Below, piece after piece: positions 27,195 through 37,350 of a stretch of DNA of 64,000 nt. Position numbers and translations under genes: made by a program. The notes below the pieces were generated by a model. It saw nothing but the letters and a program-made list of their open reading frames with translations. It ran no database searches and had not been told where the DNA came from. This DNA is from Camelus dromedarius (lineage: Eukaryota), in assembly GCF_036321535.1 (NCBI RefSeq), contig NC_087437.1, positions 99,884,001-99,948,000 on the forward strand, given 5' to 3'. Position 1 is the first letter of the stretch; each line of letters opens with the position of its first letter.

Positions 27195-27803
27195 CTATTT
27201 TTAATTAAAGGATAGTCAGTTTACAATGTTGTATTAATTTCTGGTGTACAGCATAGTGATTCAGTTATACATACATAATATATTTCTTTTCATATTCTTT
27301 TTCATTATGAGATGTTACAAGATAATGAATATAGTTCCATATGCTATATAGCAGAAACTTGTTATTTCTCTATTTCATGTATCGTAGTTAGTTTCTGCAA
27401 ATCCCGAACTCCTAATTTATTCTCCCCCTGCCTTGGTAACCATGTTTGTTTTCTATGTCTGTGAGTCTGTTTCTGTTGTGCAAATAAGTTCATTTATGTC
27501 ATTTTTTTAGATTCCACATAAAAGTGATATCATATGGTATTTTTCTTTCTCTTTCTGGCTTACTGCACTTAGTATGACAATCTCCAGGTCCGTCCCTGTT
27601 GCTAAAAATGGCACCATTTTATTTCTTTTTATGGCTGAGTAGTATTTCATTGTATATGTATACCACAACTTCTTTAACCAGTCATCTGTCATTGGACATT
27701 TAGGTTGCTTTTATGTCTTGGTTACTGTAAATAGTGCTGTTATGACCACTAGGGTGCATGTATCTTTTCAAATTAGAGTTTCCTCCAGATAAAAGCCCAA
27801 GAC
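27195..27803 (-). mobile_element. Young L1 3' end with 13-bp TSD
   Basis: Exact direct repeat gctaagtagaact at 27182-27194 and 27804-27816 around an antisense L1 3' UTR ('ttttagattccacataaaagtgatatcatatggtat'). Confidence 0.95.
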
Positions 27804-28212
27804 GCTAAGTAGAACTTTCTATAGAAAGTGAAATTCATTTACTTATTTATTCATTTATTTATTTATTTTAAAACCATCCACATTTTGGCATCTTTAAGAA
27901 ACATATTTTCCCTTTTTAAAAGAATTTTGATTATTTCTCTTACAAATTTAAATATTTCACTTTTTGGAGTTTATTTAGTATGAGACATAGGAGATCCACT
28001 GCCAACTTAATAATTTTTTCAAGATTGCTACTTTGCTATCCCAACATCATTTTTTAAAATAATCTAATCTTTACTAATTAGAAATGATAGCTTGTTATAT
28101 ATGAAATTCCCAAATGTATGAGGGTCTGTTTTAAACTTTACATTTCTTTCCATTGGTATATATCTATTACTCCAATTATTGTAGCTTTATATTAAGTTAA
28201 AAGTATATGAGA

Positions 28213-28868
28213 GCTCAATATTGCTAATTATCAGAGAAATGCAAATCAAAACTATAATAAGGTCTCACCTCACACCAGTCAGAATGGTCATCATTAAGAA
28301 GTCCACAAACAATAAATGCTGGAGAGGGTGTATAGAAAATGGAACCCTCCTACACTATTGGTGGGAATGTAGTTTGGTGCACAGTATGGAGATTCCTTAA
28401 AAAACTAAAAATAGACTTATAATATGATCCAGCAGTCCCTCTCCTGAGCATATATCTTGAGGAAAATCTAATTAAAAAAGATACATGCTTTCAAACAGCA
28501 ACAGCCTTCTTAATTAAATGATAGATTGATTAAATTAAATGATGCTGTTCAAAAGCATCTTGAGAGGAACAGGAAGGATAAAGATACTAAATTATATCTG
28601 ATTCTGATTGAGAGCCATATTCACCAGTTGGCTCGATATTATAAGACTAAACGAGTCCTCCCCACAATTGGAAATACAAGTCATCCACAGCCTCTGCCCT
28701 AGTTGCATAAATTTGTCTGTGTACTCAAGCAATAAAATCATTGTTTAACTAGAGAAAAAAGGAAAGAAAAGATACATGCACCTCAGTGTTCATAGCAGCA
28801 CTATTTATAATGGCCAAGATGTGGAAGCAAATTAAATACCCATCAACAGATGACTGGATAAAGAAGAT
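28213..28868 (+). mobile_element. Young L1 internal fragment (ORF2 end), host of the RPS13 retrocopy
   Basis: 'agagaaatgcaaatcaaaactataataaggtctcacctcacaccagtcagaatgg...aaagatacatgc[insert]acctcagtgttcatagcagcactattt...gactggataaagaag'; lacks 3' UTR and tail. Confidence 0.9.
28489..28766 (+). pseudogene. RPS13: RPS13 processed pseudogene, 5'-truncated with inverted 5' segment
   Basis: 28544-28710 translates to [40 protein letters not shown][-1 nt][14 protein letters not shown], the uS15/RPS13 C-terminus; AATAAA at 28731-28736; A-rich tail 28751-28766; TSD aaaagatacatgc at 28476-28488 and 28767-28779; 28485-28525 on the minus strand reads [12 protein letters not shown]. Confidence 0.97.
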
Positions 28869-29109
28869 TCTAACTATTTGAGTGCTTATATATATGATGA
28901 CTATTGATCTCTGTGCATTAATCTTATATCCAGATACATTTCTGAATTCTCTCACTCTAAGCTTGCACACTTGTTTCTTCAAGATACTCCAGGAATAAAA
29001 TATAAAGTTAACAAATAATATAATTTTACCTTTCAAAGACGTTATATTTATATTCTTTTCATGTCTTCTATCTGTATTGACTAGTATTGTTGAGATAAGG
29101 ATGCCCTTT

Positions 29110-29500
29110 CAAAGCAAAAATAAAATTTTTTAAAAACCCAAGTAAACAAAAAACACCCAGAAGTTATTAAAAATAAAATTGATCAATTTTCAGCTCCTAA
29201 AAAGATTCAGAATAGCAAAATCAACCATAAAAAAGTCACAAGACAAATTAAAAAATGATAAAAAAATTTTTTGCAATCATAGTGTTCCTATAAATCAAGA
29301 ACAATGCATAAAAGTTGTGAGGCTATAGTTGACAGAAAATAAAAGAAAATCTAAAGATGAAAAAATGCTCAATATCACTTTTCACATGACAATTACAAAG
29401 TAAAACTACCCTATGACTCTTAACATTTTGGCAAAGATCTAAAGTTTTAATGAGTATATGGGAAAACATATGCTTTCACATATCACTAGTGAAGGTTAAG
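29110..29500 (+). mobile_element. Old L1ME-type ORF2 fragment
   Basis: 'aaaattgatcaatttt...caaccataaaaaagtcacaagacaa...atgaaaaaatgctcaatatcact'. Confidence 0.5.
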
Positions 29501-32298
29501 TAATAGCCATAACACTGATTTTTTTCTCTCATTTGAATTATGGGAATAAGTCCAGATTTTAGGTTGAGGTAGATAATATTTCCCACTTCACAGTATTTAC
29601 CTATTACCTTTTTAAGAGCTTCTGTCTAAAATGGATACTAAATTTTATCAAACACCCTGTCAGTGCACTTGCTGACTGTCCACTATTCATTACTCCATTA
29701 CTATTTCAGTAACAAAGATATCATATACCAAAGTCTACAGGGTAGAGTTAAAGCGGTGCTCTGAAGAAAAGTTCTAACAGTAAATGATTACATTAATAAA
29801 TCAGAAAGGCAATAGAACAGCTGGAGACAGTGCACAGACTATCCCTTACACACATACTTGATACAAAATAAGAAATATAAAAGATACCATTATCTCCAAA
29901 AATCTCAAAGGACTTTTTTTTCCACAGTTGATATTATACGCCTGTTACTGAGAACCTCTAAGTTATCCATTTTTTATACTCAGACATTTTGCTTGGAGTT
30001 CCTTCCCTTTTGTTTATACATTCTTTAGAGTAGGTTCCTGATTAACGTGATAGAAATAGTATTTTAACAGGAAACCATTCTAATACATCGTCTACTGATT
30101 CAAGGTTCAAAAATGTATCGAGTTGATTTCCTGTTTGCTCAGACCTGTGAAACTGGAAAACTCATTTTTCCTTTGCCTCATCTCACTGTAGTGGCCCCTT
30201 TGCCTTTCCGGACCTTGACGACTTGCCAGCCCCACATCACTTTCATGTCACTGCATTTTTCACACAACCGTCTGCCACTACAATCACTCCTATCCTTTTG
30301 CAGCCCAAAGTCCAGGGAGCCAAACTTCTCTGACACAGAAGTTTCTAAGTAAAAAGTCCCCAGAGAGTAGGGTGCAGCTTCTCTAGATACACTGATGTTG
30401 ATACACCTTTGAAATACATCCCCAATGTAATAATCTGGGTTTTACTGTCCCAAAAGGTTGGCACCCTTATAATCAGGTATTTTCTTTGTTGGTTTTGGGG
30501 GATTTTGTTTATATGTTTGTTTCCACCATGTAGAATTTCCTCCTGCCTCTGGTGTGGAAGGGAAAGTATGGGAATTTAGGTCAGAACCTTCTGTTATATA
30601 ATAATCTCCCTGATGATTTATAGCAGAGCTTCCCAAAGAAGAGGAAAGGCACTCACAGGGGCAGATTATGAGTAATAAAGGCTCAGAGTTAGAGGAGACC
30701 TAACATTATTGTCTTGTTATGAACGATACTGTTTTATGTACAACATAGCTGCTAAAGCTACACCTATTCCTGAACAATTGTTAATTGACATTCCAAATAA
30801 CTGAGTGGTTGGCTTACTCTCTATTAACAACATGCTATTGAGCAACCTGTTTTTAGATAAATCTATCTATCCAGTTGGTTTACGAATGATGCAACCAGTT
30901 CAAATGGTAGACATAGTATATTAATACAAAAATCATTATAATATATCATCATTGTTAAGAGGTTCAAGCTTCCTTAAACTGAAAGACAGTAATTCCTTGT
31001 GGTTTATCTTGCTTTTAGGTCTGCTATTGTCCGGATTTATGCCATCCATCACCATGTCTATTTTAAAAGTGGAGGCTTTTAAAGAGTCTAATGATAAATG
31101 CCTAATATTGATGTTTAGACTAAAATTAGGAATGTAACCTCATTTATCTCGCTCATTTTATAATTGTAAGGCCTTCAAGTAAAACCTAATTATGACTTTC
31201 GTTCTAATATCCAAAGCCTTTTCTAGCAAAAGATATAACTTGGTTGTTTATTCAAACCAGGTGATCAAACACATTAACTAGACCAGAATTCCCTTCAGGT
31301 GCAGTGCACTCTGTTCTCATACTGATTTCAAAGGTCTGTTGCTATGTTTACAAAGATCCAGTATTTGAGGACACTAATTATGGTGTCTGTGATTAAAAAC
31401 TGCAGAATTTCAAACAAACTCTCTAAATAGGCAGAACCTTGAAAATATAATAACCCCTTTACAGGAATTTTTCAATACATACTTATTAGATTTATATATT
31501 ATTTGATCCATGATATTTCTACACTGTAATAAAAATCACCTAAGTAACATTTCTATATGAACTCAACCGATTAAATAGTAATTTCCTAATTACAATGGTG
31601 GAATTTAGGAAAAATTCTCATGGCTTTAGGTGGTGATCCTTTGAGAAGAGAAACAAAGTCACAGAATGTGACAAAGACACAGCTAACTTTAACGTCATCT
31701 CTGTGCCTCCTAAGGCCCAAAGTAAAGAGAGGTAAGGTATAGCTCAAGAGTAGAGTTAAAGGCCACAATAGTATCTCTCCACTCAAAGCAGGGAAACATA
31801 AATTCTAAAGACAGAGGACTGGTGGCTGTTGTCTCCAAAGCCAGAGCTTCAGAAAGCCCCATAATTTTATGCACAGACCTAGATGAAGCAGAACTTCATC
31901 ATATCCCAGTAGGGATTTAGCTCCTTAGGTTGAGGGTATAGAAATAAGTAGCCAACTAAAAATAACACTCAGTCTTAACATAGGATTTCTGTCTTTACTT
32001 CAAGTATAAAAAAAAGTAAAAGTCTATTTTTTTTGTCAACATCAATATGCATAATTTGATTTAATTAAGGAATCTACCTCACTGACTGTTCAGTTTTCAA
32101 ATTCAGGACAAAAAAAAATCACTGAGCAGAAAAGGCACTTAGCAATATTTGGGGATGAATTATGGCATAAGAATTGCAATGAAGTAGAGGATGAAGAATA
32201 GAAAATTGTATGCTCCTCAAACATTATTCTTTGATTTGACTTATTCTGTTAGCCTGTCTTATTTTTTTCTGAAAGAATCCACATGATCTTTCCTCCAC

Positions 32299-32616
32299 TT
32301 TTTTTTTTTTAATTGAAGTATAGTTGATTTACAATTTAGTGTTAGTTTCTGGTGTACAGCATAATGATTCAGTTATACATATACATATTCTTTTTCAGAT
32401 TCTTTTTCATTATAGGTTGTCACAAGATATTGAATATAGTTCCCTGTACTATACAGTAGGTCCTTGCTGTTTATCTATTTTATATATAATATTTAGTATT
32501 TGCTAATCCCAAACTACTAATTTATATTCCCCCTCTTTCCTCTTTGGTAACCATAAGTTTGTTTTGTATATCTGTGAGTCTGTTTCTGTTTTGTAAATAA
32601 GTTCATTTGTATTTTT
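32299..32616 (-). mobile_element. Young L1 3' end
   Basis: Poly(T), then 'aattgaagtatagttgatttacaatttagtgttagtttctggtgtacagc'; no TSD seen. Confidence 0.92.
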
Positions 32617-34224
32617 GCTACAGTTTGCTGCAAAATTCAAATCTATGTCTTAAGCCCACAATTGGTTTTGTAAGAAACAAGTATATAAAGATCTCTGGAA
32701 ATAAAATTATAAAATTCTCAGCAGTTTATTTAGTGCATAAAATCATGTTTAGTTGCCTTTTATCCTATAGGTGAACATGTTATGGACATAGGGTCATATT
32801 TATTGTGACTATTCCAAACTAGCTGTCATGTTATCCTGGAATATCCCATAAACGTATTTGTAATAAGTGCATTTTTTCATGCTTGCATGCTTAATTGTGT
32901 ATACCAAATAACTGCTAGTAGCTGTCCTAATTTGATCTGAAAATATATAGTATCTTGATCCATGTTCTCCTCATTGAACATTTATTTATACTAGTGGCAT
33001 GTCAAGGACACAAAAGTTCCTTCCCACAGAAACAAAAACCACATCCAGATGGTCAAAGTCTCTTCCAGGAGAGTATGGTTAACAGAAACACAGATCAACC
33101 GTAAAAAAAAAAAAAAAAAAGGTCTACACTTTGTCAAAAGAAGTCCTCTAGCAAAGAACCAAGAGAGGTATGTGGAATCAATACAACCTACCTGATGTGT
33201 CTCTCCCCTCCTTCTGGTGTTTAGCCAGCTTTTTGGCTGTTGAAAGTACCAGGTCTCTTGTTTCCAAAGAGCCGCCTGTGTTGGCCTGTCTTTCAGACTC
33301 TCGTGTTGCAAAATCTGAAATTCTGTTGCAATAAACACCAGATTTCAAAGGAAAAGCAATGGAAATTGTGCAGAGATTAAACTTCATTTTTATAGCAACA
33401 GTCAGTAGTAGCATGATTATGTGTCTAAACAATGCCTCCTCTTCCAATATAATATTAGATTGAGAAAGTTAGACCTGCAGTTTATTTATGTAGTAGAAGC
33501 AAGCACTGATTTTGAGGGTGCATTTAGAAAAACATATTTAGACTTCGGGGAAACAGAGGGCTGTCTTTTGTATAAACACAATAAATGTATCCTCTGAATC
33601 CTTCCTGAAGGAACCATATGCAAACAGATAACTTTAGAAACTGTTATTCTACAGTCATCCTCAGCCAAATGTAGTTAAAAAGTGATTGGGCATAATGAGG
33701 GCAGCCCTGACACAAACATAAGCAATATGCTTCACAAGATAAAAAACTTTTTAAAATCTAAGTCGAATGAGAGCACAGTATTTCAGGAATCTTTTTTTTT
33801 TTTTTCTCTCGTGATGCTCATTTAGTTTGGAACTAGAAGTGGTGGCCTCAAATAACAGCACCTCATGAATTAGCTTTCCTTGGTCTTTTTCATGGACACC
33901 TTCCTTAACATTATAACATCTGCCATTTTCAAGGTGCAGAACACAATGTTTAAGAAAGACAAAGGAGTTAAAATACTGAAAAGTCAGAGGAATGCTCACG
34001 AACTGCTGATAAAACCCGTAAGAATACGCCCAGGGCACCTAGGAAGCTAACAATTTGCTTAGGGTAGAAAGCCCTTTATATTCCAGCTCACGGATTTTCT
34101 TTTAGGCCTCTTTTCATTCTTTCTTGGCTTTGAAGGGTCAGGGCTCCCGCAATCCATGGGAGTAAAAGCCCTCAGATTAATATCCATCATCACAGACTGG
34201 TAAACCTTAAACAGTAATAATTTC

Positions 34225-34345
34225 AGTCAACCTATTTTACAGAGGAGAAAGTGGATGCTTAAAGAGTTTAAGTGATTAGCCCCAAAGTGACGGCTAGCTG
34301 TGTTAAAATACGGAATAAAATCTAGGTGTCCTAATTATCAGGTAA
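34225..34345 (-). mobile_element. MIR fragment
   Basis: 'cctattttacagaggagaaagtggatgcttaaagagtttaagtgattagcccc'. Confidence 0.65.
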
Positions 34346-36039
34346 GAACACATTTCCTAGCAGACTATAATTACATCTTCCTGAGTGAAGATTTCTTAAG
34401 AGGTCTACAATTAGATTGGAGTTGGCAAAATTTAAATGAATTCCATAACAAATGGTGCAAATAAATTGGAGACCTGGCTGTGTCAAGGGTGAGTAGAACA
34501 TATGGTGGTGGGCAGGATATTTTAATAGAAAATGTTTATCCTGGGAGGCTGGCTAACATTGGCATTCAGCATAGGTGAATTTATCGTGGAATCTGATTCC
34601 TGTAAAAATTATCTTGGTATAATGAACCATCTCATTATAGCTGCTCTAGAACCAACTGGTTCTTGAACAGTGGTCAGTATATATTTTCTCTCAGAATTTA
34701 CTTTCCTGATTTTTCTTTCTATAACTGCCTGCCATGAAATAACTACATAGGAATGATATTATTACTTTTATTTTGTCTAGTTTCCTAATCCTCAAGAAAA
34801 CAGCAAAACATTTTGGTGTACTTATTTTTGCTAGACTGTCTTCCCAAGAATTCTCCATTGGGCATCCATGCCTTCTCCTGCCCAGTATAAGACCAAGTGC
34901 ATGGAAGTGAGTCTAATTGTAGCACGGAATTGGGATGGTCATGGACATCATCCACAGGACACTTTGTAAAAACAGGTCAAAATGTCAATTATTACAACTC
35001 ACAGCAGGATGGAGTTTCTATTACTAGTTTTTAAAAGTAATAGTGAAAGATAGTTTTTCCTCTCGAGGGAAAAAAAGTCGAATTTTTGGATGGTTATAAG
35101 GTGTCAACTATTAAGACTCACTTGGGGAAACAGAAATGCAGATATTAATATACTGTGGTAGATTATCACCTGCTGAGTCAAACTGGGACCAAAAATGCAG
35201 ATTACTGGAGTTTAAATCTTTAATCTTGAATTTTCCATCAGAGTGAGTTTAAAAATCCATGGTTGATTTTTATGTAATTGATAAGTATCAATTTCATGGC
35301 ATTTACTAATTTAATTGTTAATTTAAAATAAAAAAGAATGTATATTGCCATTCTGTTCATGAAATGAATCCCTGTTATAAAAAGGTTTCAAAACATGAAT
35401 TAATATCCCAATTAGAGCAAATCCAATCCAATGATCAAACTATTGCACTGTCAGAAGTAGTATCCACTCTGAGAGGAGGTCCTCCTGGTGGAACCATGGT
35501 AAATTATTGCTTTTATAGCCCATAATTCCCCTTACCCATCACTCAGATAATGTCCTATTCTTTAGTAGGGAATTATGTTTGCATTGTCAGTGAGGAAGGA
35601 TTATAAAGTCATCACAGTGCCAAATTAAAATTAGCTAAAATCAAAAGACATCACAAGACAGAGGCTGACATGTTAGCCCATTGCAGTATAATGTAACTAT
35701 AACAGTTCTGAAATATTTTTCAATTGATTATTTCTCTGATAAATAGAATAATAAATCAGTAAATACAATAATATTACTTTTGGATCAGAGCAGAAATAAT
35801 ATGCATTAGTTTTACCTTAAGAAACGTATAAATTGTTCTCTTGAATACTTTCATCCAAATAAAGACCCTTATTTTATTTGTTTACCATGCTTTCCTTGGT
35901 TAATCTCATCACAGAATTGCTGTCAATGACCAAAGGTAAAAGGAGTGTCCTAGGGGTCACTGAGAGTCCTCTGTTGTAAAATGTTCATCCTGGAGCCTAC
36001 AGAGAGGCAGTGCAATCTGGAGATTATAAAGACAAGGGT

Positions 36040-36515
36040 GAGTAAGTCAGATCTGGCCTTGACCCTGACTCTATTTTTTTTTTCATATTTTACTTAAGTA
36101 TATAGTCTGTTTACAATGTTGTGTCAATTTCTGGTGTACAGCACAATAGTTCAGTCACATAGGAACATAGATACATTCATTCTCATATTCTTCTCCACCA
36201 AAGGTTACTACGAGATATTGAATATGGTTCCCTGTGTTATACCATATAAACTTGTTATCTATTATATATATATTTTATATATATATATATATATTAGTTA
36301 GTATCTGCAAATCTTGAACTCCCAATTTATCCCTTCTAACTCTGATACAAAATATGCATTTTCATTTCTGAGCTTTGTTTCTGCATCTCTAAAGAGAGGA
36401 TTAAGACAGTACCTGCCCCATTAGGCTGTTCTAAGTATACCATGGAATAATACACATAACACAATTCACAGAAAACCCAGTTCATGGTAAGACCTCAATG
36501 AATGTTAGATTTTAT
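36040..36515 (+). mobile_element. MIR split by a young L1 3' end
   Basis: 'aagtcagatctggccttgaccctgactct' resumes as 'tctgagctttgtttctgcatctctaaa...gtacctgccccattaggctgtt...ctcaatgaatgttag'. Confidence 0.6.
36073..36335 (-). mobile_element. Young L1 3' end
   Basis: Poly(T), 'gtatatagtctgtttacaatgttgtgtcaatttctggtgtacagc...gtatctgcaaatcttgaactcccaatttatccctt'; possible TSD ctgactct/ctaactct (7/8). Confidence 0.9.
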
Positions 36516-36730
36516 TTTGGTTTATGTGTTTTTATTGTTACAAAGGTGGCTCTAGTCAGATCTTCCCCATTTTAGGTCAGAAAATTTTTGATTATTGAGC
36601 TGACATGCTTGAGTCTTTGATTAGAGGAAGACTAATTTCACAGCTAGATTTTAAAATAGCGATTCTACAAATAATTTTGTGAGCTGGAAGTCAAAAAAAA
36701 AAAAAAAAAGAATGCATTTGAAAAATAGTC

Positions 36731-36905
36731 TTGTGGTATCGGAGTGAAATGAGCACCAGACTGGGAGTTAGGGCTTTGGGGTCCTGGTCCTGACCTTTTC
36801 ACTAAATTGCTGAGTGACCTTGTACGAGTCACTTTGGGGCCTTAGTTTCCCAAGTTTCCACATCAGTAAACAGATTCTAGTGTCATCGCCAGCTCTAACA
36901 TGGTA
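36731..36905 (+). mobile_element. MIR (MIR3/MIRc-like)
   Basis: 'gagcaccagactgggagttagg...tgagtgaccttgtacgagtcactttggggccttagtttccc...ccagctctaaca'. Confidence 0.7.
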
Positions 36906-36990
36906 TAGTTGGGTTGCACCGGACCATGAAGTTGGAAAACTCTTCCTTCACTTGGTACATTGAGAACGTTGCCAATTTTACTATCTAATA

Positions 36991-37350
36991 TGTCTTAGAG
37001 AAGGTGCCCTGGAAGCAGTTCTTATAATGGGAATTCTTGTGAAAGTGATTTCTCATGGGAATGTTCCCAGGAAAAATATGCACAGGCAAGTGGGAGAAGG
37101 AAAAGGGGAGAAACTAAGATGTGGTTGAGGTGAAGTCTCGCCCCAGTCTGATCCCGTGGGAGGCCCTGGAATGCAACGTACACTGCAGGTCTGTTCCAGC
37201 TTTTAGGTAAGAGAGGAGGGCTTATTTATCCCTACAACAGTCACCAGGATAACCAAGGCTGGGGGCAAGGTGGCTCCAATCCAAGATCTAAGCAGCAGTT
37301 AACTGTAGCGGCCAGGAAAAGAAATTCTTGGCGATCCAAAAGAAGCACCA
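36991..37350 (-). mobile_element. Old ERVL LTR (LTR16/LTR41-like)
   Basis: 'ccctggaagcagttcttataatgggaattcttgtgaaagtgatttctcatgggaatgttcccagg' and 'cccagtctgatcccgtgggagg'. Confidence 0.55.

Larger units (their letters stand above)
26520..29100 (-). mobile_element. Very old L1ME-type fragments, interrupted by younger inserts at 27195-27803 and 28213-28868
   Basis: 'ccctagaagtggaattgccggatcaaa', 'ccaatttaaaccttcacaaa', 'cccaacatcattttttaaaataatc', 'atcttatatccagatacatttctgaattctc' are diverged antisense L1 motifs. Confidence 0.6.
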
